Shown one piece after another: positions 9,630-21,996 of a stretch of DNA of 64,000 bases. Under the pieces are notes generated by a model. That model was not told where the DNA came from. It did not search any database and saw only the letters and a program-made list of their open reading frames with translations. This stretch comes from Felis catus. Its lineage: Eukaryota. The stretch covers positions 9,302,001 through 9,366,000 of the forward strand of contig NC_058383.1 of the NCBI RefSeq assembly GCF_018350175.1, read 5' to 3'. How positions within the stretch are numbered: the stretch's first letter is position 1; every line of letters starts with the position of its first letter. Made by a program: the position numbers and the translations under genes.

Positions 9630-12600
9630 TAGTACTTCCTGCCTTTAAATTCCAGTTTGTCATCTAGTTGACTCCTCACCACATCTGTGGAATAGGTGTG
9701 GGAGGCGTTACTCCCCTGTGATACAATGAACCCAGCCCCCACAGAGCTGAGCAAAGCCAGCCAAACAGTCTGGGTCTAGTGACGAGAGACCAAGAACGAA
9801 CGGACCAAGGGTCCTCACCGCACAGGACGTGTGTTGGACCGGCCGCCACGGCCAAGGCTCTGACCTGAGTAAAGACTGCCTGTCACACGCTCTTCCTCAT
9901 GCCAGAAGCTTCTCTCATTAACTGGTTCTGTTTCCCATTAGCCAAGAGCATAATGGCCAATCAACAGATGAATGAGTCCAGACGGAGGAGGGGAGGATTC
10001 CAGGCAAAGGGTCTGTTTTCCCAGCTCATTCACTCAGCCGGCATGCCAGGTCTGCCTGGGGCCTGGGACAGGGACAGCGGTGGCAGGAACAGGGATGGAC
10101 AGGATGGCAGGACAGGTGGCGGGAACAGGGATGAGTCAGGCCTGAGGCCCCTCCCCTTGCTCCACACAGTGCATGGGGGCGTCTTGTCAGGCACGATTCT
10201 AAGCACTGTGTCTGTATTTATCTCATTTAATCATGTAATGCTCAAACCGCTCTGTGACACAGGTACCGTCATGAAAATTCCCATCTTATAGATAAAACCA
10301 TGAGGCACAGAGATGTCGCACTATGCAGCAAACCGGATGCACAGGAAAAAAAAAAGACTGGAATTTGCTTCCAGAAACCCTCTCTCCCGAGCATTTTTTT
10401 TTCATGTTACATAACTAGGAAAACAATTATTCTTAAAGCTTGTCTATTAGAGAGAGGGAAAAAACAAAATAGAACTGAGAGCAACCACGAGAAGTAAGAA
10501 AGCGTTGTGTGGATTCCAAAGAGGAAAACGGTTTACTTTTATCCCGGGAATGGTGGTGGAGTGGTTTTTAGAGGCAGCCCTGAATGATGGGGTGAATTAG
10601 AGCCAGTGCAGAGGGGCCCAGGGTGTTCCAGACCGAGGGCCCAGGGTGAGCAAAGGCATGGACCTGGGAACAGCAGGAGGGAGCTGGGAACTGCAGGTCT
10701 GGCTGGCTGCTGCCTGAGGCTGGGAGCGGGAACCGGGCTGGGTTGAGAGTGTGGAGAGCCTTCAGTAGGAGGCCAGGGCGTCCAGGGCTGCGTGGATGGT
10801 GGGGAACCACAGAGGGTTTCGGGGGTAAGACAGGCTCCCAACATCAATCAGTTTGCAAGGACAAAGGCGTGTCCTCTCTCAATGTCTCTGGGACCTGACT
10901 CCTGTCTGTCATCTGGCTTCCAGATTACCATGCCAGCTGCCCCACGGTTCTCCCCGCCTGTCACCCTTCTGATTCCTCTTTCCAAGAAGAAAGTCCCCAA
11001 ACACCTGTCTGACCACATCACACCTCCCCCAAACCTTCCACCGGCTGCCACCGTCTATGGAATCCAGTCCAAGTACTGCAGCAATATGGTGTCCTGGCAG
11101 TCTGTCTCAAGAGACGGTCACTCAAACTGGTAGATTAATTTAAGATCACTGGGAGTGATCCTGCCCCTTTAAGACCCTTTTCCTGAAGGGGAGGTACCAT
11201 AGGCTCTTACAGTCCATGGAAGGTTAAAATCAGATATCCCTCCTCTCTTCCTCCTGAGAGGTGACATTCTGCTGGCTCTGGCATTGCCACCTCCCTCTAA
11301 GAGGGCACTGGATTTCTCCATGTCTCAAAATCCAGTCCATGAGGGGGTTGGGGTATCGGGGTCAGGAAGCCAGAGGCATGAGCACAGAGATTGCCGAGTG
11401 GTCCCTTTTATAAGTAAAGAAGTAAAGGCCCAGAGAAGTCAAGGACGTGCCCAAGTCACACAGCCGGGGTGTGGTCGAGCTGGGATCTAGGGCCCGGGGG
11501 GTTAACATGGAGCTTGGAGGTTGGGACAGGTGACCTGTCTGACACCAGAGCCCACACTCTCTCTCCACTACCCCAGACTCCGAGCTAGGAAGCGAAGATC
11601 CACGGTCTGATGCCAGGTCCACAGGAAGGCACACGACCCATCGGTCACCAGCTCCCTGTCACCTCTCTGCCTTGGGCCTCGGGCTCCTCCCAGCCTGCGA
11701 GTTATTATGCAGGCCACCGTCAGCCTCCTTAGCTTGCCTCCTTCACCGTTTGGAGTGCTATTTTCACATCGTTTTGGCTCCCTGAGCTAGAAGAAACCTT
11801 CCGGCCCCACCCCTTTTCCCACGTAGAGGAGGAAACCCAGGCTTTGGGGAAAATCGGGCGAGCTGCAGTGTTCTAGGTACCAGAGATAGAGCAGTAAACA
11901 AAACCGATAAAGATCAGTCTTCTGATAGCATCTTCTAACACGCTAGCTAGCGGAATCCCAGGACCCAGCCTAGTCTACACTCTTCTCTGCCTCCAAAGCA
12001 GGAGTGCTCCCTGATCATCGAGTCTTTCAGACACTGCCTCTTCCAAGGGACCCTTCCTGACTGACCACCCCAGCCTGTCGCTCTCTCTTCCTCTACTGAG
12101 CACACACAAGGGCTGCGTGGTTCAAGGGGCCCTGGTGTTTCTTGTCAGGGGTTGCTGGTGATTCCTGGTTTCAGGTTTCAGGTTTGTGTTGCCACGGGGG
12201 GGGGGGGGGGGCGGGGCAGGGGGCCCCCCCCTTCCCCTCCTCTCCTCCCTGCTCCTAGCACTAGCACGGGGAAGGGTGGGGGGGGGGACACCCAGCACAG
12301 ACCCTCAAGGACATTTCTTCTGATGATGGACATGCTGGTGAATTTCCCAGTGCATCCTGGTTCTTACAGGGGAAGATATGATCAAGACCCCTGGCAAAGA
12401 CTTGAGAGCACCCCCTGACAGGAGGCATCTCAGCAGGGGAACAGGTGAGATTCTGCCCCCCTCCTGGGGAGAAGAGGGAAGGCAGAGGGAAGGGCCCAAC
12501 ATCTGGGAGGAGGGCAGGGGCAAAGGGAGACAGAGAGAGCCACCAGGGGAGGCAGGAGGAAACACAGAAGCCAGGGGAAAAGTAGGCTTCCAGAAGGGGA

Positions 12601-12870
12601 AGCGCAGTGGTGGCCCCGACTAGAGAGAGGCCAGACCTGCCGAGAAGCACGGGCCACGGGAAGTAGGACTCTGGAGGCCTTGGTGTCAGCAGGTCCCAGG
12701 GATTGGGGCGGAAGCCGACCACGGCTGCGTGGCCTAAGGAAGTAGGGGCAACACGTGCCTCATGGTCTACAGAAATTCGATTGAAAAAGGAGAGAGAAAC
12801 GTGGGACAGTGGCCAGAGGAGGAAGCAGAGCTGAGGAAGGACGGGGAATTCAATTAAAAGGAAGGAGACT

Positions 12871-13098
12871 GGGAGGCACCTGAGTGGCTCAGTCAGTTAA
12901 GTGTCCAACGTTGTTTGGCTCAGGTCATGATCTCGTGGTTTGTGCGTTCAAGGCCTACATCAGGCTCTCTGCTATCAGTATGGAGCCCGCTTCAGATCCT
13001 CTCTCCCCTTCTCTCTGCCCTTCCCCTGCTCACGAGCAGGCAGGTGCGTGTGCGTGCTCTCTCTCTCTCTCAAAAATAAATAAACATTAAAATAAAAA
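12871..13098 (+). mobile_element. CAN-SINE
   Basis: Head, core, (CT)n and aataaataaac tail. Confidence 0.92.
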
Positions 13099-13713
13099 AG
13101 GAAGGAAGGAAGGAGCCTGGGAGAGGGGAGAAGGGCACGCTTCTTGCTGGAAGGGCCAGGGAAAGTGGCAGGAGAGTCCCCACAGGCCTCTGTCCCTTGC
13201 ACTGTGTAGAGGAGGGTGATTTTCCAGAAAAGCGCTGGGGTGATTTGAGGGGGGCACAAGTGGGAAAGCCAGGACCTCCGAGTCTGGAGGTGGTGCGGGC
13301 AGCAGCAGGAGGATCCGGCTCTCAGGAGCTTTAGGAAGGGAAGAGAGGTGCTGTCCTGCTCTTGGTGGGGGTGGGGGGCAGGGGGCTGGATGGGCATCAC
13401 TGAAGGGAGGGCACGGGAGTGGCTGAGGGTGCTGTGAGTTGAGGGCGGCTGCAGTGAGGGAGGTGGTGATCAGCGCCACCTTATCGCCTGGCTCCCCCAG
13501 ATCACCCGTGAGCCCCTCGCAAGCCTCCGCTGCCCTGTGCTTGCTCCTCTCCATACCTGAACCAGAGAGGTGAGGTTTAGGTGGGGTACGGCGGGACTCC
13601 CCAACCTCCGGAGCCCCCAGCCATCCAGAAGGACAAAGAAAGGGCTTCCCCGCTGCCCACCCAGGTTGGCTACTCCTGCGATGCTGTTTGTCTTTAAGAC
13701 AATGGCGACAGGA

Positions 13714-13900
13714 GGGGCGCCTGAGTGGTTCAGTCGGTTAAGCTTCCGACTTTGGCTCAGGTCATGATCTCAAGGCTTGTGAGTTCAAGCCCCGCGTTGG
13801 GCTCTATGCTGACCACTGGGAGCCTGGAGGCTGCTTCGGATTCTGTGTCTCCCGCTCTCTCTGCCCCTCCCCAACTTGTGCTCTGTCTCTCTCTCTCTCT
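13714..13900 (+). mobile_element. CAN-SINE lacking its A-tail
   Basis: ggggcgcctgagtggttcagtcggttaagc head through (CT)n. Confidence 0.92.
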
Positions 13901-14650
13901 GTCCTCAACAGGAGAATCTCTCAGAACATGCTGCTCTCTTTTTGTTTGGGGTGTAAGCAAAAGTGACAGGGGTTTAGGGGCCTTGGCAAAATGCCTGCTC
14001 CTCAAATGAGTCCCCCCCCCCCAGAAGAAATGCCAGGAGTATTTATCTTGGCTGCTCTAGAAGCCTCTGTCCCGCCCAGAGCCAGAACCGGGTGGGGCTC
14101 TGAGGCTCAGTGAGGGGAGGGGAAGGCCCATTGAGTGGATTCCATGAAGCCCCCTCAGTGCGCACTGCCTGCCAGGCATGGGGCGCGGTCAGCCATGCAG
14201 TGGGGCCGGGACTGGCGCAGGGACGGGCTGCCCTCACGTTCCTACAGCAGCCTGCTGCACTCTTGTGTGGCATTCTTGTCCCCAGTTTCTCTAACCCCAG
14301 ATAAATCTGCCTCCCCATAGCTCCCCTGTTGGATGCCAAGCCCACGGCCCATGGCACACTGGTGTTCCTCCTGTCCTGTGACGGGCGCAAGATGTGACCC
14401 CTGCGGAGCCCTTGCTCTCTTTACCTGATGGTTCTTTGGCCACGCTAGCAATGGCATTCGGTGTGTCTGTTCCCACTTTCCGGAACACGTGCTTACTCTG
14501 GGGCCCATTTTATAGGTGGTAATAACTGGGGAAGTGGGGCTAGCCTGGGGCCACACTGTCAGCCAGCGGCCACGCTGGGGTCAGAACGTTTTTGAAGTTT
14601 CCAGATCACCCTCCCTCTCCCACCCCTACCCCCAAGCAGTGAGCACTCAC

Positions 14651-14752
14651 ATGTGGCCTCCAGGCCGGTCCTCCCTGGTCAGCATTCCCTCCTTCTCCAT
14701 CAGCATCTGCCGGAAAGTCCTGACCTTCTGTCGGGTCTCCTCCTCCGAGTAC
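14651..14752 (-). CDS. SRRM3: SRRM3 coding exon 3 (102 nt; (G)YSEEETRQKVRTFRQMLMEKEGMLTREDRPGGH), C-terminal half of the cwf21 domain
   Basis: Acceptor ctgtgcccctgcag|G, donor CAT|gtgagt; cwf21-like YSEEExRQKVxxFRQML. Confidence 0.95.
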
Positions 14753-15299
14753 CTGCAGGGGCACAGGGAGGGTGAGGGCTGCCCTCTTGGCTTTCTTTCC
14801 CTCCCCACCCCCCCCCCCCCATCACAAGTGCACCCTCCAGCTTGCAAAGACCTGTCTGAGGTCACACGACCAAGCAAGGCTCTCAGCCCTGGGGAAGCTC
14901 AAGGCTTTTTGCGCCAAACCAGACAATCAACCAACTAAACAAACAAGCAACGGCCAGCCAAACAAACAAATGGACCAAAAAAAGGGAAGAGTTGTCCCGG
15001 GAGGTGGGGGAAGGGGGGGGGGGACTGTGGGGAGGAAGCTGTGCCCTTCCTCCTGGTCCCCCCCACTCCCAGGGCAGGTCACCCTCCCACGTCCAGGCCG
15101 CAGTCACTCTCTGGAGACGTTTTAAGGGAGAAGTGAAGGTCCAGGACTTTTCCGCTTTCCTGATCCTTACAATAGCCTTGGGAAGTCCTCAACTCATCCC
15201 AACCTCTGCAAGAGCGAGGCTGCAAGTGGCTTGTCCCAGATTACAGTACCAGATCCATTGCTTCCCTGTTTTGGGGGGGGAGGTGGGTGAAGGCTGGTC

Positions 15300-15526
15300 T
15301 TTTTTTTTTTTTTTAATGTTTATTTATTTTTGCAGAGGGAGGGAGAGAGAGAGAGAGAGAGAGAGCAGGGGAGGGGCAGAGAGAAGGGAAGACACAGAAT
15401 CTGACGCAGGCTCCAGGCTCTGAGCGGTCAGCACAGAGTCCGATGCCGGGCTTGAACCCACAAACTGTGAGATCATGACCTGAGCCGAAGTCGGACACTT
15501 AACCGACTGAACCACCCGGGAGCCCC
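15300..15526 (-). mobile_element. CAN-SINE (SINEC_Fc-type)
   Basis: Full element, with ctggtctt on both flanks. Confidence 0.93.
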
Positions 15527-17554
15527 AAGTCTGGTCTTGAATGGAGTCCCCCAACTTCTCTATTCCCTTCCCCCTCCCTCCCTAAGCCTGGGTTCAGGCT
15601 AAGGACCAAAGTCCAGAATTATCACCCTTGCTCCCACCCTGGGGTCAGTCATCATCCCCTGTCACTGCATCCCCGTGACAGCCTCTTGGCTCCTCTGGCA
15701 TTTCCCCCTCCAGCCTGTGTCCATGCTGCCCCGGGGCAGGGTGTGGGGGCCTTCGCTCGCTCAGCGCTCAGCCCCGTGCCCTGTGCCTGGCGCACAGCAG
15801 ATATCGCGTCTGTTGCCGGATGAATCTTGGCCTCCTAATCCCCTCACCCTCCCATCTCTGGCTGCAGGTCACTGTCCTGGATGGAAAACATGGTGGCAAA
15901 ATAGGACCGGGGTCCCGTCTTGTCTCTGTCCTTCACTCACCATCCACTCTGTCCTCACAGCAGACCCAGGCCTCCGCACTCAGTTTGTCCACGAAAATGG
16001 CACGTTGTTGCCTCTCAGGGACCCCGTCTCTGTCCTCCCCTCTCTTCTCCTACCCTCCTTCCCTCCCCTTCTCCAACAAGCATTTGGGATTGGCCCAGCC
16101 TTTTTGGAGAGCAATCTGGCAATTCCTTTCAAAAGCCAGAAGAAATGAGCACATCTTTTGCCTCACAAAATTAACTTCCTGGTTTAGCCCGTGGAAATAA
16201 TCACGGCTGAGCACAAAGACGTGACTCATGGGCTGTTTACCGCAGGACAGATACCCCCGACCAGGTTAGGTTGCGTTTCCATAGCAACCTGTGCCTCCAG
16301 GTCCCAGCAGGTAGCTCCTGTGTTGTTACCTGTTGACCGACTCCTCTGTATCCTGCGCTGGCTTGGGGGTTCCTGAGGGCAGAGACCTTGTCTGTCTGGA
16401 TTGCCATTGTGTCCCAGCATCTGGCACCTTGCCTGCCACATGTGGCCTCCAGATTGCTTTGACAAACGAGTGACTGGTGACGGAGAGGCATCGAACAGTT
16501 TGAAGGTTGGATGTTCGTTTTGGACACCTGACTCTGGTGGCTGCGTGGCTAGAGGCGGGGGATCTGGAGGCAGGGAGGCCGGCATTGGCTACTGCAGGGC
16601 TTTGTGTGGGAGACCGTGAAGTCAGAGCTGGGCAGTGGGCGTGGGGAGTGGGCGGGAGGACCCAGGGGAAGAAGCGGACAGCAAGGCATCCAGGATGCAG
16701 GGTGGCTGGGACCTGGGGACCGCCTGCCGACTGGCTCATGCTCATCAATGTCCACCTCAGTCCCTGTTAGGCTCAGACTCGGGCATTTGGCTGCAGGTGC
16801 CTTGGCCTTGTTTGCTGGGCAGTGCAGAGCCCTTGGTCGGCTGGGCTGTCCTGGTGCCCGGGAAGAAGGGGTGGTGGCCCCTTTTCTGAGCAGTGCAGGC
16901 ACATGGGAACTGCTCCCTTCTCGCCTTCTCCTCAGGGGACCAGCTTGTCATTGGCACCAACATTGAGACAGACAGCAGAGGCCCTTCCACGCTGCCCAGA
17001 CCCTGACTCGTGGATCTCTGGGTGGGAGAGACAGGCCGGCTGTCTCAGGCCATGGGGCCCTGGACCTGGTGGGGCTGGGGAGATGGCCCAAGAGCGAGGC
17101 TGGGCCACATCCTCAGTTGAGTGGGATGGGCTTCAGGCCAGGGCCCAAGTTCCCCAGACTCCTGGAGTCTATGGAGCATAGGGGGCCGGGAGGTAGGAGC
17201 AGGACTCAGGGTTCGCTAAGACCTGGAGCAGGACACGTGCAGGAATTTAGGGCCCATCCCAGAGCAGGCAGGTCTGAGGCAAGTTGACGAACTTCAGCGC
17301 AGGCCATTGGGAGGCCGGGAGTGCTGGATTGAATCGACTTGGAGGCTTAGGGAGGACCCCTCTATGCCCCAGAGCATCTTGCTAGGAGAAGGTGGGGACC
17401 CAGGGATGACCGTCTGTTTACTGGGCAAAGAGGTGTCAGGTACAACCTCTGCCTTCAAGTCTCCTGTTCCCTCGTATCTCTTGAGGTCAGCCCTCAGCTG
17501 AGGCCACGTTGGACAGTGATTAAGGGAAGAGGTCCGAGAACCAGGCGGTCCTGC

Positions 17555-17725
17555 GTTTGAGTCCTGGCACCCTCCATTTTCTAGCTCTGTGACCTTGACC
17601 TCTACATCTGTGAAAAGGGACAGTGACTTGTCTTTCAAGGCTGTCACAAGGATTAAGGGAAATGATGCTTACAAAGCACTCTGCGCAGTGCATGGCACAT
17701 AATAGCTGCCCAATAAATAGTAGTG
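17555..17725 (+). mobile_element. MIR SINE (other MIR-like pieces near 8900, 10200, 11400, 28200, 28970, 30480, 37450, 39600-40060, 40650-41100, 49100, 50100, 55560, 63270)
   Basis: MIR core tgtgaccttg...catctgtgaaa...gattaa...ggcacataatag. Confidence 0.65.
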
Positions 17726-18165
17726 ACCAAGGACCCTTTGTCCCAGAGCAGGAGGGACCAAGGGTCTAGCTGTCCCAGGCTCCCTGCCTTTTTCCACCCC
17801 ACGCCCCTGCCAGGTCAGCAGTGTCCCAGGTTGGGAATCACCTCCGGTCCATCTCCCTGTTCTCCCAGAAGCAAAGGCCGAGGTAGGGAGGCTGCTACCC
17901 CGTCCTTGTGAAGGTGGCAGTGCCTGCCATGCAGAGGCCTGGTGGCCGTGCCAAAGCCAGACTGGAAGTCGAAGGCTTGGCCAGGGGACTGGGGACAGGG
18001 ACAGCAATGACACCTGTCTCAGTGCCCCAGCCGCCTGGCTCAGGCAATCTGGCTCCCTTGTCTCGCCTCCACTCTATGGGCCACGAGGGAACGATGTGCC
18101 AAATTCGTCCTTGCTTCCTGGACCGCCCTCTGAGGCTGGGGCAGGGTGAGGGGACACTGCATTAA

Positions 18166-18364
18166 ATTTTTTTAATGTATTTATTTTGAGAGAGAGCACA
18201 CAAGCGACGGAGGGCCAGAGAGAAAGAGACAAAATCCCAAGCAGGCTCTGCACCATCAGCGCAAAGCCCGATGCGGGGCCTGAACTCCCAAACTGTGAGA
18301 TCCTGACCTGAGGTGAAATCAAGAGCCAGACACTTAACCAACTGACTGTGTCCGCAGGTGCCCC
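18166..18364 (-). mobile_element. CAN-SINE
   Basis: Full element, with actgcatt on both flanks. Confidence 0.9.
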
Positions 18365-21067
18365 AGAATACTGCATTTTAAAAGAGGTCCTCAGAGTTGA
18401 AAATGTTTCATTCTGCCTGTCTCCACCCAGACTGGGATGCTCCTACGTAATCACTTCCTGGGTCCCTGGGTCACTAATTTGTTCTTGACTCCAGCTCGGA
18501 GAGGGTGGGCGGTCTTCCTCTTCCCATTTGACGGATTTGGAAACAGAACAGGGAGAAGGGAGGCTTCCAAGCTCCAAGCCCCAGAGCACGGCTCTGCCCG
18601 CCTCCGGGGCAGAGGAAGGGGCACAGGTTGGGGCTGGGGTGGGAACAGCACATCACACAGGCGAGGGACTCTGTCCCTGGCCCCATGGTGATTGCAGGCT
18701 GCGTGAAGGTGATTCCAATGCAGCATCAATCACCAGTGAATTAGCCATCCATCCATCAATATTAAGGAAGGGATTGCTTTTTAATGGGGCCAAAGAATGT
18801 GTGACTAGTGGGAATATCTGTCAAATGCCTGAGAACCTGGTAAATAGACTCGAATGAACCAGTGTTTGTAGAAATGGATATTAATGACCGGATTTTGTAA
18901 CAGAGCAAGGGTCCCCAGTGTTTGTGGAGCACCTTCTGGGGACTGGCTGGAGGTGGGAGACCCCTGTACATCTTTAGCCCACAGGACGTAGAACAACTCC
19001 CAGCAGCCATAGCTTGCTCAGTTCTGGATTCTTGGGTTCCGGAGTGGCTGTGCCCTCCACTGACCAGGCTGCCGCTAGGGGATTGGGGGCGGGGGGGCAC
19101 GGGTGACTTGAGAGCTAGCTTTACAGGAGACTCCAGGCTAAGGAGTGAGGGCTTGGGTAGGGTAAGGGGTCCTGACTGGAGACCTAGTGGGTGCGTCCCA
19201 GAGAGGCACGGCCCTTGATGCCAGGGGACCAACACTGCGGTCATGGTCAAATGACCTCTGCCTGACCATCCCCTCTGTGTGAGGCTGCCCTCATCCTGCG
19301 ATGACCTTCTTGTGTGCCGTGAGGGTCTGGGGGCTCCTGGAGGAGAGGGAGATTCAGCCAGGGGAGGAGGCTTGGGGAGGGGAGGAGCACCATGAGAGGG
19401 GTGCCTTAGGGATTCCCTGGGAGGATGGGGCTCTTCAAGGGGGAGAGAGGGGGCTCAGGAAGGAGGTGGGGCTGTGGGAGAGGGAGGGGACAGTTTCCAA
19501 GAATGCAGCGCAGAAGGCTGGCCCTCTTCTGGCCCAGGCGCCCCTCCTGTTCCCTCAACTCGCCCACCTGCCTGTCAACCCTTCACTGCCCAAGTCGCCC
19601 CAGCTTATTGGGATTTGCAGGTTGAAATAAGGTCCGTGGGCTCTCCTCTTCCCACCCCTACTTGACCCTGCCCCTGGGGATCTCATTTCCTCTGTCCACA
19701 TCCACGGCTCATCAAACCTGGTTTCATTGCCAGCTGGAAGCCTCCTTTCCGTCTGCCTTCAGCTGCTTTCCATCCATTTATCCCTCTCGGCAGGGACCCC
19801 CCCCCCACCTGGTCCCCAGCTGGAGATGAACACCAAGTCTCTGTGTCTCAGGGGCCCTGCCTGGCAGCCTCCCTGAGGACCCTGGATGTGGGCCCAGCCT
19901 TGGCTCTGCCTGCAGCCAGGGACTGTCTCTGTCTGAGCCTCAGTGTCTTCCTGGGCTCTATAGTGATGGTGAACCATGTCTTGGCTGCCTCTTGGGGAGC
20001 CCAGAGGCCTGGATGGACAAAGGCGAGGCTTAGAGGCACTTCTGTACACAGGCTGTCTGTCCCAGTGTGGCTCCGGGCCCCAGTGCACTGGGCATTTCCA
20101 ACTTGTCAGCTCCCCAACAGTGCCAGTCTGATGGGCGGGCCCTGCTCCTCACTTTGACTCCCTCAACAGCCAGCCCAATAGTTTCAAAATCCTCAGGGTA
20201 GATACAAAATGGAAACTCAAGACCACCAGCTTTCCTTAGAGCTGCACAAATGGGAATGGCTTTGTTCTGTTTCTTTGCCTCCAGCCCCATGTGTCAGGCC
20301 TGTCCTGTTTCCACCGGACTTTTGAGGAAAGTCCCTAAAAAGAGCCTTACTGACTGATCGATGCACAAGCCCTGGCGAACTCCTACTCATCCTTCAAGGC
20401 CCATTCGAATGTCTCCTCTCAGAATCTCTCCTCTGAGCTCCTGAAGTGCTTGGTCCTCTCCTGTCCTGTCCTTTAACCACGATTCCAATCCGTTTTATGC
20501 TGGAGTTGGCTCTAAACATGGTTGTGTCTCTTCTCAGTCGGGGAGGGAGTGAGGGGCAGTCTTTGAGGAAGTGACCCTGATCCAGCTCCAACATTGTGCA
20601 GCACGGTGGCTGGCGCACTTGTGTGTCCCTGTGACTGGGTCTGAACTGGACAGGTAACACTGAAGCTTCTGGGTCTGGCTGCTGGCTGGGGTTCTTCTGC
20701 TGAAACCACAGGTAGCCTTGTACTAAAAAAAGCCCATCGTCCCCTCTTGCCTGGATGCAGCACCCACCTTGGCACAGTCCAGGAAGCTCAATAGAGTTGT
20801 TTTAGAGAAGGGGAAACTGAGACCTTGAGTTGGTTAGCATAGGTGTTTGCATGCTTCTCTCCCGCCCCGGACTGGATGTTTCTGGAAGACATGGACTGTG
20901 TGTCTCCTTGGCTTCTGTAAATCTGAGCCTAGTTCAGAGCTTGACGTAGAGCAGGCGGCCAAGACGGTTGATAAATGAACATAAGAAGGCAAGTTCTGGC
21001 CTTACAGTGGCTCCGCCTGGACTGGCTCCGAGTGCGGCCCCTCCCAGCCTGACTGCAGTCCGAGCCT

Positions 21068-21125
21068 CGCCCGGCCCCGCCCCGCCCCGCCCCGCCCCGC
21101 CCCGCCCCGTGACCCGCCCCGCCCC
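21068..21125. repeat. (CCCCG)n / (GGGGC)n GC-box array just inside intron 2
   Basis: About 10 imperfect CCCCG units, seen directly. Confidence 0.9.
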
Positions 21126-21138
21126 TTGGCCCGCTCAC

Positions 21139-21371
21139 CCTTGCTCCTCCATCATCTCCTGCAGCTCCATGCACTTGAGCTCCACGCGCCGCTTGCGCTC
21201 GTGGTCCAGGATCTCGCGATGCGCGCGCTTTACCAGGCCCGGCTCCGCGGCGCGCAGCTCCTCCTCGGCCCGCGGCCAGGTCCCCGAGGAGGCCCCCGGC
21301 TGAGGGAAGCCGTTCGCCGCGTCCGGTGGGGACGGCATGCCGGCCGCCCCGTTGTTCACGGTGGAGGACAT
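21139..21371 (-). CDS. SRRM3: SRRM3 first coding exon (exon 2; acceptor at 21403, 32 nt 5'UTR, then 233 nt CDS MSSTVNNGAAGMPSPPDAANGFPQ...HREILDHERKRRVELKCMELQEMMEEQ(G))
   Basis: Start context GCCGCCATG; cwf21 signature EILDHERKRRVELKCMELQEMMEEQG; acceptor tgtctgtctcgcag|G; donor AGG|gtgagc. Confidence 0.96.
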
Positions 21372-21839
21372 GGCGGCTGGCCCCGGAGCCGCTGGCCTCG
21401 GCCCTGCGAGACAGACACAGACACCAGGCGGGATGGTCACTTCTCGGCCACCTGCTAAGCTCCTCTCCGCGCGGGTTAATCCTGGAGATTTAAAGGCCCA
21501 CTCATGGCTCTAATCCGCTCCCCCTCAAGCTGCAGAGGGGGGCGGACGTCAGGTTAGCACCTTCGGGTCACGCCTCAGGGCATGAGGGGAGATTGGACCC
21601 CAGGCTTTCCCATCTGTAAAGTGGGTTCATGCAGGTTGGGCTAGATGGCCTCTAAGGGCCCTGTGCTTGGAATAGTCCTCTCCAGGGAGGGACCTAGCAA
21701 CCGCTTAAGGCAACCCTCTCTCCCCTGTACCAGTTCCTGGGCCTGAATTCTAGCCTCTGCTTGCAACTCCCTTGTGGTTGTAGGCAACCACATTGGTCTC
21801 TGGGAAAACGTGTTAGGTTGTTGTTGTTTTTTAAGTTTG

Positions 21840-21843
21840 GTTA

Positions 21844-21908
<65 letters not shown>

Positions 21909-21996
21909 GTAATCTCTACACCCATCGTGGGGCTCGAACTCACAGCCCTGAGATCAAGACTCACATGCTCTTCACACAGAGCCAGCCAGGTGCCCC
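21840..21996 (-). mobile_element. Short CAN-SINE variant with (ATTT)n/(GCTT)n tail
   Basis: aagtaatctctacaccc...ggggctcgaactcac...gagccagccaggtgcccc. Confidence 0.85.

Noticed and set aside
9044..9663. Recurrent 'MAQxVxRxTxAQVMIS' peptides that look like a multi-copy gene family
   Set aside because: Conceptual translations of CAN-SINEs.
13380..13558. CpG-containing exon-like segment in intron 3 (ctctctggttcag|GTATGG)
   Set aside because: Hits a stop after ~18 codons in the SRRM3 frame, has no clear donor and shows no recognisable homology.
21372..21440. Upstream extension of the SRRM3 ORF (MTIPPGVCVC...)
   Set aside because: Non-ATG start lying across the exon 2 acceptor. The GCCGCCATG at 21371 matches the known N-terminus.
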